Counted from the stretch's first letter, positions 1 to 7,513 are shown. The stretch: 10,698 nt of DNA from Candidatus Krumholzibacteriia bacterium (GCA_036351155.1 JAZBOO010000368.1:1-10698); one strand, 5' to 3'. Notes: generated by a model not told the origin, from the letters alone. Made by a program: numbers and translations.

Positions 1-2
1 AG

Positions 3-509
3 CTGGTCCCCAGCCGGGGCAGCCTGAAGGCCACCTTGCCGCCGGTGGTCCGGTCGGCCCAGCAGCCACCGGTGACCCTCCCCTTCGATGCCCCGCGAGT
101 CCGCTGTGTGACGGCGCGAGGCAATTTCATCATCACCCTGGCGGTGGACGAAGCCCCCAACACCTGCGCGAATTTCCTGCACCTGATCCAGCAGGGCTTT
201 TACGATGATCTGATCTTCCACCGGGTGGTGCCGGACTTCGTGGTCCAGGGCGGGTGTCCGCGGGGCGATGGCTGGGGTGGCCCCGGTTACACCATTCGCA
301 GCGAGTGGAGCCGCTTACCCTTCAAGCGCCAGGCCGTGGGCATTGCCCACAGCGGGAAGGACACCGGCGGCAGCCAGTTCTTCGTCACCCTGAGCGAGCA
401 GCCCCACCTGAACGGTCGCTACACCGTGTTCGGCGAGGTCACCCGGGGCATGGACGTGGCCGACCAGTTGACCGTGGGCGACAGCTTCCGGCTGGAGATC
501 ATGCCCTGA
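3..509 (+). CDS. Cyclophilin-type peptidyl-prolyl cis-trans isomerase, 5'-truncated by the window edge (probably the C-terminal domain of a longer protein)
   Basis: Cyclophilin motifs APNTCANF, FYDDLIFHRVVPDFVVQGG, DTGGSQFFVT, HLNGRYTVFGEV. The frame is open from position 3, so the TTG at 36 is unlikely to be the true start. Confidence 0.93.
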   Translation: MVPSRGSLKATLPPVVRSAQQPPVTLPFDAPRVRCVTARGNFIITLAVDEAPNTCANFLHLIQQGFYDDLIFHRVVPDFVVQGGCPRGDGWGGPGYTIRSEWSRLPFKRQAVGIAHSGKDTGGSQFFVTLSEQPHLNGRYTVFGEVTRGMDVADQLTVGDSFRLEIMP

Positions 510-528
510 GCTCGGCCTCCAGGACCAG

Positions 529-560
529 AAAAGCCGGAGGCGTGGGCCCCCGGCTTTTTT
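529..560. terminator. Bidirectional intrinsic terminator between the convergent PPIase and ABC permease genes
   Basis: AAAAGCCGG-A-GGC-gtgg-GCC-C-CCGGCTTTTTT: a GC-rich stem flanked by an A4 tract and a T6 tract. Confidence 0.85.
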
Positions 561-576
561 GTTGATCAGATCCCGG

Positions 577-1830
577 TCAGGACCGCAGCGCCCGCGCCAG
601 CGATGCCCAGGTGGGCGCCGCCCCGTACATGAGAATTCCGATGCGGAACAGCTTGCCCGCCGCGCGACTGGTGACCCAGATGGACAGGCCCATCAGCACC
701 CAGGACAGACCGATCTGCCACATGGGCGGAGTTTCCACGCACACGCGCATGAACATCAGCACCGGCGAGAACAGCGGAATCAGACTGAGAATTGTGGCCA
801 GCGGGCTGTTGGGATTCTCCATGACCAGCGGCAGCATCATCATGGGCAGCACCAGCCCGAAGTTCAGGTACATGAACTGCTGACTGTCCTGAATGCTGTT
901 GCACATGGCCCCCACCCCGGCGTAGATGGTGGCGTAGAGGAAGAAGCCCAGCAGGAAAAACAGCAGAAACGACACCAGGATCAGCGGGGTCAGGAAACTG
1001 GCCTCGAGGGTGAATTCACCCATCTGAACTCCCTGACGGGACAGAAAGAAGAAGGCGCCCGTCCAGATGCTGAACTGGGTCAAGCCCGCCAGGCCGATCC
1101 CCAGGATCTTCCCCGCCATGAGGCTGCCCGGCGACAGGCTGGACAGCAGCACTTCCACCATGCGGCTGCCCTTTTCCTCGATGACTGCGGTCAGCATGTG
1201 ATTGCCGTACATGATCACCATGATGTAGATGATCATGATCAGGGCCACGGCCATGATGGCCGTCATGTCCTCGTTCTCCTGCTCCTTTTCCCCCTCCGCC
1301 GTGATGGCGATGCTGGTCCAGTCGCTGCGGGCCGACAGGTACGAGTACAGGGAATCGGGAACACCAGTGGTCAGGAACCGCCCTTCGCGCAGCAAGCGGT
1401 TCATGGCCGGGGCCAGCACTCTGTCCTTCAGGATGAGGCTGCTGACCGACTGATTGTAGAAACTCACCTGACGCGACACCAGGAAGTCCTCGGCAATCAC
1501 CATCCCGCTATTCATTTCCTCGGACATGATCCTCTGCTTGAGGTCCTCGACCAGCCCTTCCCGGTCCAGAGGATTCGTGCCCACCAGTTCCAGGGTCACG
1601 TTGTCGTGGCCGTAATCGGCCAGGGTGGATTCGAGGTCCGAGAACAGCTGGCCCGAAAGATCGATCACCCCAACAATTTTGGTGTCCTGGCCCCCACGGT
1701 CGGCCAGAAGGACTGGCAGGAAAATCATCATGGACATCAGGGCCGGCCCCACCAGGGTGCCGATGATGAAGCTCTTGGCCCGGACTCGCTCCAGGTACTC
1801 CTTGCGCAGCACGGTCAGCAGCTTGCTCAT
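577..1830 (-). CDS. ABC-2 type exporter permease (NatB/YhaP-like)
   Basis: N-terminal KEYLERVRAKSF plus a TM helix, a large extracytoplasmic loop, the conserved VIEEKGSRMVEVLLSS...GKILGIG motif, then several TM helices and PLFSPVLMFMR. Confidence 0.92.
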   Translation of the reverse strand: MSKLLTVLRKEYLERVRAKSFIIGTLVGPALMSMMIFLPVLLADRGGQDTKIVGVIDLSGQLFSDLESTLADYGHDNVTLELVGTNPLDREGLVEDLKQRIMSEEMNSGMVIAEDFLVSRQVSFYNQSVSSLILKDRVLAPAMNRLLREGRFLTTGVPDSLYSYLSARSDWTSIAITAEGEKEQENEDMTAIMAVALIMIIYIMVIMYGNHMLTAVIEEKGSRMVEVLLSSLSPGSLMAGKILGIGLAGLTQFSIWTGAFFFLSRQGVQMGEFTLEASFLTPLILVSFLLFFLLGFFLYATIYAGVGAMCNSIQDSQQFMYLNFGLVLPMMMLPLVMENPNSPLATILSLIPLFSPVLMFMRVCVETPPMWQIGLSWVLMGLSIWVTSRAAGKLFRIGILMYGAAPTWASLARALRS

Positions 1831-2777
1831 GTGGTGACCTCCCCGCGCTTGCGCGCCACCGCTTCCAGGAAAATTTCACTCAGGGTGGGCCGGTTGGCCG
1901 AAAAAAGGGTCACCGGTCCGGCGGCCATCAGCAAAGGCAAAAGATCCTGGGGATCCGTGCCCTCGACCAGGGTCAGCCGCCAGGTGCCCTCGCTCTGGTG
2001 ACGATGGGAAACACCGGGCAGGTCGACAGGAGGCTCCTGGCCGTCCAGCCAGGCCACCTGAATCGACTTCAACGGAAAATCTGCCCGCACCTGAGCCATG
2101 GTGCCGTCGACGATGACCTGGCCGCCCTCGATCAGGCAGATGGCATCGCAGATCTTCTCCGCCTCGGGCAGCATATGGGTGGAGAACAGGATGGTGGTGC
2201 CCTTCCGCTTCTCCTCCAGGATCATGTCGCGCAGCAGCTCGATGTTCAGGGGATCCAGGCCGCTGAACACCTCGTCCAGGATCACCAGATCGGGCTCGAA
2301 AATGAAGGTGGCGGCAAACTGGATCTTCTGTTGCATGCCCTTGCTCAGGGCATCGACCTTGCTGTCCTTCCACTTGCCCAGGCCCAGCTTGTCAAGCCAG
2401 GCGTCGGCCCGCTCGTGGGCATCCTTGCGCCCCAGCCCCTTCAGCTGGGCCAGGTAGACCAGCTGATCCAGGCACTTCATCTTGCGGTACAGGCCGCGCT
2501 CCTCGGGCAGGTACCCGATGCGATCGCGCATGCTCCCGTCCAGGGGGCGGCCCGCCAGTTCAATGCGGCCTGCATCCGGCAGAATGATGTTCATGATGCT
2601 GCGGATGGTGGTGGTTTTGCCCGCCCCGTTGGGACCCAGGAACCCGTAAATACTCCCCCGGGGAATACTCAGGTTCACATCGGCCGCCGCACGGGTGGTC
2701 CCGTAGGTCTTGGTCACGCCTTGCAGGGTCAGAAGCGGTTCCCCTACCGCAGGCAGGGTCAGTGCGGTCGCACTCAT
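1827..2777 (-). CDS. ABC transporter ATP-binding subunit (NatA/YhaQ-like) with C-terminal extension
   Basis: Walker A GPNGAGKTT, GYLPEERGLY, signature LSKGMQQ, Walker B VILDEVFSGLDP, H-loop STH. SD GAGGTGA at 2787-2781. 4-nt ATGA overlap with the permease. Confidence 0.95.
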   Translation of the reverse strand: MSATALTLPAVGEPLLTLQGVTKTYGTTRAAADVNLSIPRGSIYGFLGPNGAGKTTTIRSIMNIILPDAGRIELAGRPLDGSMRDRIGYLPEERGLYRKMKCLDQLVYLAQLKGLGRKDAHERADAWLDKLGLGKWKDSKVDALSKGMQQKIQFAATFIFEPDLVILDEVFSGLDPLNIELLRDMILEEKRKGTTILFSTHMLPEAEKICDAICLIEGGQVIVDGTMAQVRADFPLKSIQVAWLDGQEPPVDLPGVSHRHQSEGTWRLTLVEGTDPQDLLPLLMAAGPVTLFSANRPTLSEIFLEAVARKRGEVTT

Positions 2778-2816
2778 TGATCACCTCGGTGTTCTGGGTG
2801 GAATAGTATTTCGACC

Positions 2817-2844
2817 AGTATAGGGCAGGCTCTACGGAGGGCAA
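2817..2844 (-). promoter_or_regulatory. Putative sigma70 promoter of the ABC operon
   Basis: Minus strand TTGCCC-N16-TATACT, with the -10 box about 40 nt upstream of the ATG at 2777. Confidence 0.5.
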
Positions 2845-2866
2845 CCGGGGATGTTCCCTCTGCCCC

Positions 2867-2897
2867 AAAAAAAGCCCCAGGCACATGGCCCAGGGCT
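2867..2897 (-). terminator. Intrinsic terminator with no confident CDS directly upstream
   Basis: Minus strand AGCCCUGGGC-CAUGU-GCCUGGGGCU followed by UUUUUU: a 10-bp stem including 2 G-U pairs. Confidence 0.8.
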
Positions 2898-3070
2898 GGG
2901 GTGGGGCGAGAACCTGACGTGGGGGCCCCGAAGTCAACCTGCGACACCATCCTCGACGGGGGAATCCATGGCCGGAACCGAGTGAAGAGAAAGAGAATCT
3001 CGGCTGGTTCCTGGTGGAAGTTCCACCCTTGAAGAAACACCGCAGGTTGTTTCTGTCGACTCCTTGAGAC
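2867..3070 (-). ncRNA. Candidate structured non-coding RNA of unknown family; 5' end uncertain (about 3050-3125)
   Basis: Long imperfect hairpin 3049->2935 closed by a perfect 9-bp CAACCUGCG/CGCAGGUUG stem. It extends through G-U pairs that only form on the minus strand, has a CU-rich apical loop, and is followed by an intrinsic terminator. Confidence 0.55.
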
Positions 3071-3089
3071 ACAAGTTTCCAGGAATTGA

Positions 3090-3106
3090 ATCACGAATCT
3101 ATCACG
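3090..3106. promoter_or_regulatory. Direct repeat ATCACG-N5-ATCACG, putative OmpR/PhoB-family binding site
   Basis: Perfect hexamers at 3090-3095 and 3101-3106 (11-bp period), next to an OmpR-family regulator gene. Confidence 0.45.
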
Positions 3107-3197
3107 CCCAGATTCTCTTTCCGGGACAGGTGCCGGGTGGGCCTATCTTTTTTGACCCTTTGTTAGCTTTTGCCTTATGATTCTCCGCTGTATTTGC

Positions 3198-3226
3198 TTG
3201 TTCACTATCTAGGGCTCTGGTATAAT
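3198..3226 (+). promoter_or_regulatory. Sigma70 promoter of the two-component operon
   Basis: TTGTTC-N17-TATAAT with an extended -10 (TGgTATAAT) in an AT-rich stretch. Confidence 0.75.
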
Positions 3227-3296
3227 TGTAGTTACAAAACTGATGAACAATTGTCGTGATAATTGGTCTCCCAAACCAAGAGGAAAGGCCCTCCCC

Positions 3297-4025
3297 ATGT
3301 CCGCTGCTTCAGGGACGAACCGCAAGATTCTCGTGGTCGAGGACGACCGCGAACTGATCGACCTGCTGACTCTTCACCTGACCGCCGAGGGTTTTCAGGT
3401 GGCCGCCGCGGCCGATGGCGAGGCCGGACTGCGCGCCTTCCAGGGCAGCCAGTACGGTCTGGTGATCCTGGACTGGATGCTGCCCACCCTCTCGGGAATC
3501 GATGTCCTGCGGGAAATTCGCGCCACCGACAGCCGCACCCCCGTGCTCATGCTGACGGCCCGCAACGAGGAGGCGGACAAGGTTCTGGGGCTGGAACTGG
3601 GCTGCGACGACTATCTGACCAAACCCTTCAGTATCAGGGAACTGACCGCCCGCATCAAGGTCCTGCATCGGCGCATCGAGCGCGCCGAGGAGCTGGCCCG
3701 GATCAGCAGCGGTGACCGCATTCTCGACCTCGGCCCCCTGAAGATCGACCACGGCAAGCGCAAGGTGCAGGTCAACGGCGAACCTGTCCAGCTGACCGTA
3801 AAGGAATATGACCTGCTCTACACCCTGGCCGCCCGGCCCGGGCGCACCTTCAGCCGGCGTCAGTTGCTGGATATCGTCTGGGATCAGGACAGCGACGTGT
3901 ACGAGCACACCGTCAACAGCCACGTGAACCGCTTGCGCAACAAGGTGGAAGACAACCCCAACAGACCCCGGCTCATCTTGACCGTCTGGGGGATCGGTTA
4001 CCGTTTCACGGAGGAATTCCTCTAG
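3297..4025 (+). CDS. OmpR/PhoB-family DNA-binding response regulator
   Basis: Receiver domain ILVVEDD...LVILDWMLP...MLTAR...DDYLTKPF and winged helix LTVKEYDLL...TVNSHVNRLRNKVE...TVWGIGYRF. ATG 3297 is preferred over 3243 because it has an SD-like AGAGGAAAGG (3279-3288), while 3243 lies only ~10 nt from the predicted TSS. Confidence 0.95.
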   Translation: MSAASGTNRKILVVEDDRELIDLLTLHLTAEGFQVAAAADGEAGLRAFQGSQYGLVILDWMLPTLSGIDVLREIRATDSRTPVLMLTARNEEADKVLGLELGCDDYLTKPFSIRELTARIKVLHRRIERAEELARISSGDRILDLGPLKIDHGKRKVQVNGEPVQLTVKEYDLLYTLAARPGRTFSRRQLLDIVWDQDSDVYEHTVNSHVNRLRNKVEDNPNRPRLILTVWGIGYRFTEEFL

Positions 4026-4027
4026 AC

Positions 4028-5590
4028 ATGGGCCTGCCAGCTTTCACACGAACCATCCACTTCCGGATCAGCGGGCTTTTCCTGCTCATGCTGGCCATCG
4101 TGGCCGGCGGTTTCTGGTTCTGGCTGAATGCCACCATCTTTTCGCCCGATCTGGCCGAAGAGGAATCGGAGTGGTACGAAAACCAGGCCGAGGGCCAGCT
4201 GGACACCCTGGCCGGTGATCTGGGAAAAGCCTGGACGATCCCACCCCAGAGGGACCGGCTTCTGGTGCGCTTCGGTGAACAGGTGGGCAAATACGATGCC
4301 GAGGTGATCGCCTTCGATGCGCGGGGCGTGAACCTGAGCAGCTCCAGTCCCGACAGCCTGATGATCACCGTGCCGGTGGTCGACCCCCAGCTGCTCGCTG
4401 ACATGGCTCGGCCCGAGTGGGACTACTCCTCCTACCCCGTGCCCGACAACATCGACGCCTACGAGAACCGTATTTTCGAGGTGGATCCCATCTTGACCGT
4501 CACCGGCCACGACAGCCTGGTGATCGGTTACCTGGCGGCCAGTTACCGCCCCCTGACCATCGGGATCGAGGAACTGGAGGGCGGTGAACGGGCCATTGGC
4601 TATCAGGCCATCCTGCTGATCCTGGTCTATGCCGCCCTGAGCGGGCTGGTCATCATGACCTGGATGAGCCGCCGTATCCGTCACCTCTCCTCCGGCGTCA
4701 AGGAGTTTGCCGAGGGCAATCTGGCGCGCCGGGTGCCCGACTCCAGCGCCGATGAGATCGGCGCTCTGGGCGGACATTTCAACCGCATGGCCGGCCGTCT
4801 GGAAGAAATGGTCGAGGAGCTGCAGCGCAAGGAGCTCTTCCAGCGCCAGCTGATCGCCAACATCAGTCACGACCTGCGCACCCCCATGGCCAGCATGAAG
4901 GGGTATGCCGAGACCCTGAGCATGCAGGCCGAGCAGCTCTCGGCCGAGGACCGGGACCGGTACCTGGCCATCATCACGGCCAACCTGAGCCACCTGGACA
5001 ACCTGATCGACCACATGCTCACCCTCAGCCGCTTCGAGTCCGGTCAGACGGTGTTCCAGATGGAGGACTTCCCCCTGGCCGAGCTGGCCGATTCGGTCAT
5101 CATGCGCTGCGAGCCGCTGGCCGCGGACCGGGGCATCACTCTGCACCTGGACTGTCCGGAACCCTGTGAAGCCATGGTCCATGCCGACCCGCTGCAGATC
5201 GCCCAGGTCCTGCAGAACCTCATCGAGAACGGGATCAAGTTCAATCGTGAAGGCGGTCAGGTGACCGTCCGGCTGGAACCTGCAGGGAACCAGGAAGTGC
5301 AGCTGGCGGTGACGGACACCGGCATGGGGATCGCGCCCGAGGATCTGCCCCACATTTTCGAGAGATTCTTCACAGGAGACAAGAGCCGGCAGCGCTCAAA
5401 CAACCAGGGGCTGGCCTCGGTGCGGCAACATCTGGGACAGAGTTCGGGGCTGGGGCTGGCCATAGCCGCGAAGATCGTTGCGGGGCACCAGGGTGAACTG
5501 AAGGTCGAGAGCGCCCTGGGCCAGGGCACCACTTTCCGGTTCAAGCTGGCCGCCACTTCCGCTGAAGACGCCCTGCAAGCAGAATCCTGA
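4028..5590 (+). CDS. Membrane-bound sensor histidine kinase (2 TM, extracytoplasmic sensor, HAMP, HisKA, HATPase_c)
   Basis: TM1, a ~160-aa acidic loop, TM2, HAMP (DEIGALGGHFNRMA), H-box ANISHDLRTPM, N-box NLIENGIKF, G1 DTGMGI, F-box IFERFF, G2 GLGLAI. Starts 2 nt after the regulator stop codon. Confidence 0.95.
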   Translation: MGLPAFTRTIHFRISGLFLLMLAIVAGGFWFWLNATIFSPDLAEEESEWYENQAEGQLDTLAGDLGKAWTIPPQRDRLLVRFGEQVGKYDAEVIAFDARGVNLSSSSPDSLMITVPVVDPQLLADMARPEWDYSSYPVPDNIDAYENRIFEVDPILTVTGHDSLVIGYLAASYRPLTIGIEELEGGERAIGYQAILLILVYAALSGLVIMTWMSRRIRHLSSGVKEFAEGNLARRVPDSSADEIGALGGHFNRMAGRLEEMVEELQRKELFQRQLIANISHDLRTPMASMKGYAETLSMQAEQLSAEDRDRYLAIITANLSHLDNLIDHMLTLSRFESGQTVFQMEDFPLAELADSVIMRCEPLAADRGITLHLDCPEPCEAMVHADPLQIAQVLQNLIENGIKFNREGGQVTVRLEPAGNQEVQLAVTDTGMGIAPEDLPHIFERFFTGDKSRQRSNNQGLASVRQHLGQSSGLGLAIAAKIVAGHQGELKVESALGQGTTFRFKLAATSAEDALQAES

Positions 5591-5593
5591 CCA

Positions 5594-7366
5594 TCAATTC
5601 GAACGCAGCTCCCGGGCCACCGGGACGGCGCACACCACGGCCATGAAGAGCAGCGCGGCGGCGGCCAGAGGTTCCCCCAGCACCAGCTTGCCGATCCCGA
5701 AAATACAGCCGAACACCCCGAGGCTGCCGGCCAGCCACACCCCGGCCCGGCGCAGGGACCAGCCATCGCACTGCACATCCGGGCAAGCGCGGGCCACGGG
5801 GCCCCAGAAGCCCCCGGGCCGCACTTTCGTGTAGAAGTGGGCCAGGCGTTCGGAGGTCACCGGGCGGGTCAGCAGGGTGGTCGTCAGCCACACCAGGATG
5901 GTGACCGGCACCAGGATCATGGCCTTGTGGTGGTTCTGCAGGGTCATCTCTCCCCAGCGCACCGGAGTGGAGAACAGGGCGTATTCTGATCCGGTCTGGA
6001 TGGCCGCGGTGATCTCGAACCCAAACGCCATGACCACGGACGCCCCCAGCGCCGCGATCTCGCTCCAGGCGTTGATCCGCCACCAGAACCAGCGCAAGAT
6101 CAGGACCGGCCCGATGCCCGCCCCCATGGCCCAGACAAACAGCCAGGCCTTGCCGATGCTGGTCAGGAAGAAGGCCACCACCACTGCGCAGATCATCATC
6201 ACCAGAACGCAGAGCTTGGCCGCCAGGACGGTTTCCTTTTCGCTGGCGTCGGGCCTCAGGAAGCGCCGGTAAACATCGTTGATCAGATAGCTGGCGCCCC
6301 AGTTCAGGTGGGTGTCGATGGTGCTCATGAAGGCCGCGAAGAAGCTCACCAGCAGCAAGCCCAGCAGGCCCGGACCCAGCACCTTCATCATGACCAGGGG
6401 GTAGGCCGCCTCCTCCGTCATGCCCTCGGGCATGACCGGGAAAACCACCAGCGAAACCAGGGCCACCATGATCCACGGCCAGTAGCGCACCGCGTTGTTG
6501 GCCACCACGAACCACAGGGTGGCCGCCCGGGCGTGGCGCTCGTTGCGCGCGGCATTCATGCGCTGGATGATGTAGCCACCGCCATCGGCGTTGTGGCTGG
6601 CCCACCACATGAGGCTGACAAAAACCAGGAACTTGATGAAATCCGACTCGAGGCTCCATCCCCCGGACGGGATGAAGGCCATGGTGTTCTCCTTGAACCC
6701 CGGCGCGGCCAGCAGCTGGGTCTTCAGCTCGGCCACCCCGCCCACGTGCCGGACCGCCAGGACCGCCACCGAGATGGACCCCACCATGGCCAGGACGAAC
6801 TGCACAACATCGGTGATGACCACCCCCCAGAACCCGGCCAGCAGGGCATAGCTGAGAGCCAGGGCCGCCCCCACGATGATGGCGGTGTTGCCGTCGACGC
6901 CCAGGACCGCCTCGGCCACGGTGCCCAGTCCCTTCAGCACCCAGCCCAGCACGATGAAATTGTAGATGATGGCGAAGTACCCCGCCTTGAACCCTCGCAG
7001 GAAAGCCGCCGGCTTGCCGCTGTAGCGCATCTCGATCAGCTCGTTGTCGGTCAGGACCTCGGCCCGGCGCCAGAAGCGGGAGAACAGGAACACCGCCAGC
7101 ATCTGGCTGAACACGTAGTGCCAGCCGAACCAGTTGTACCAGATACCGTGATTGCGGATGAAGCCAGTGACCGCCAGGGGCGTGTCCGCAGCAAAGGTGG
7201 TCGCGACCATGCTGGTGCCCAGGACCCACCAGGGCAGGGAGCGGCCCGACAGGAAATATTCGCTGGTTGACTGGGAGGCCCGGCGCCGAAACGCCAGGCC
7301 CAAGGCCAGGGTCAAGGCCACGTAGACGCCGATGATCGTCCAGTCAAGGGGGTGCAGAAGGTCCAA
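5594..7366 (-). CDS. Sodium:solute symporter (SSS/SLC5 family), substrate unknown
   Basis: EYFLSGRSLPWW, SMVATTFAADTPL, GVVITDVVQF, YIIQRMNAARNE, AAFMSTIDTHLNWGASYLINDVY and more than 12 hydrophobic segments. TTG start with GGAG 5 nt upstream. Confidence 0.93.
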   Translation of the reverse strand: MDLLHPLDWTIIGVYVALTLALGLAFRRRASQSTSEYFLSGRSLPWWVLGTSMVATTFAADTPLAVTGFIRNHGIWYNWFGWHYVFSQMLAVFLFSRFWRRAEVLTDNELIEMRYSGKPAAFLRGFKAGYFAIIYNFIVLGWVLKGLGTVAEAVLGVDGNTAIIVGAALALSYALLAGFWGVVITDVVQFVLAMVGSISVAVLAVRHVGGVAELKTQLLAAPGFKENTMAFIPSGGWSLESDFIKFLVFVSLMWWASHNADGGGYIIQRMNAARNERHARAATLWFVVANNAVRYWPWIMVALVSLVVFPVMPEGMTEEAAYPLVMMKVLGPGLLGLLLVSFFAAFMSTIDTHLNWGASYLINDVYRRFLRPDASEKETVLAAKLCVLVMMICAVVVAFFLTSIGKAWLFVWAMGAGIGPVLILRWFWWRINAWSEIAALGASVVMAFGFEITAAIQTGSEYALFSTPVRWGEMTLQNHHKAMILVPVTILVWLTTTLLTRPVTSERLAHFYTKVRPGGFWGPVARACPDVQCDGWSLRRAGVWLAGSLGVFGCIFGIGKLVLGEPLAAAALLFMAVVCAVPVARELRSN

Positions 7367-7405
7367 CGGGGCTCCGTCCAGATGAGAGTGGTAGTCGAGA
7401 GCCTC

Positions 7406-7434
7406 ACGCTAGCATGAAGGGCCGGGGTCATCAA
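7406..7434 (-). promoter_or_regulatory. Putative sigma70 promoter of the symporter gene
   Basis: Minus strand TTGATG-N17-TAGCGT with an extended -10 TG, just downstream of the cytochrome terminator. Confidence 0.5.
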
Positions 7435-7453
7435 CCAGGAGAGTGGGGAAGCC

Positions 7454-7493
7454 AAACAGAAAGGCGCCGTCGGCCACCCAGACCAACGGCGCC
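7454..7493 (-). terminator. Intrinsic terminator of the multiheme cytochrome gene
   Basis: Minus strand GGCGCCGUUGGUC-UGGGU-GGCCGACGGCGCC followed by UUUCUGUUU: a 13-bp stem starting 20 nt after the stop codon. Confidence 0.8.
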
Positions 7494-7513
7494 ACTCATC
7501 AGGTGGGGAGGAA

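Noticed and set aside
559..2780. Long plus-strand ORFs 559-2001 and 1998-2780
   Set aside because: Antisense shadows of the ABC genes, expected in high-GC DNA. Their His/Gln/Arg-rich composition mirrors hydrophobic codons on the coding strand.
3016..3031. T-box-like AAGGGUGGAAC on the minus strand
   Set aside because: The bulge reads UGGAACU rather than UGGNACC, it lies more than 110 nt from the terminator, no Stem I specifier motifs are seen, and the downstream gene is not amino-acid related.
2935..3049. 6S RNA (SsrS): the closing stem CCUGCGGUGUU...GGUGUCGCAGG resembles 6S ends
   Set aside because: The rod is only ~115 nt versus ~180-190 nt for typical 6S RNA, no recognisable central bubble motifs are present, and the usual zapA/ygfA/rny context is absent. 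A divergent short 6S cannot be excluded without cmscan.
2774..3094. 106-aa minus-strand ORF overlapping the ABC ATPase start by ATGA
   Set aside because: GTG start without a clear SD, no recognisable domain, and it runs through an intrinsic terminator and a putative promoter. Probably spurious; ribosome profiling would settle it.
2968..3180. Possible plus-strand selenoprotein (ATG GCC GGA ACC GAG TGA followed by an open frame)
   Set aside because: No redox motif around the TGA, no convincing bacterial SECIS directly downstream, and the product is not protein-like.
3243..3296. Longer N-terminus of the response regulator given in the ORF track
   Set aside because: No SD, too close to the predicted TSS, and the extension lies outside the receiver domain. 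ATG 3297 has a good SD.
4022..7270. ORFs 4022-5353 (-), 5541-7229 (-) and 6308-7270 (+)
   Set aside because: Antisense or alternate-frame shadows of the kinase and symporter genes, with no motifs.
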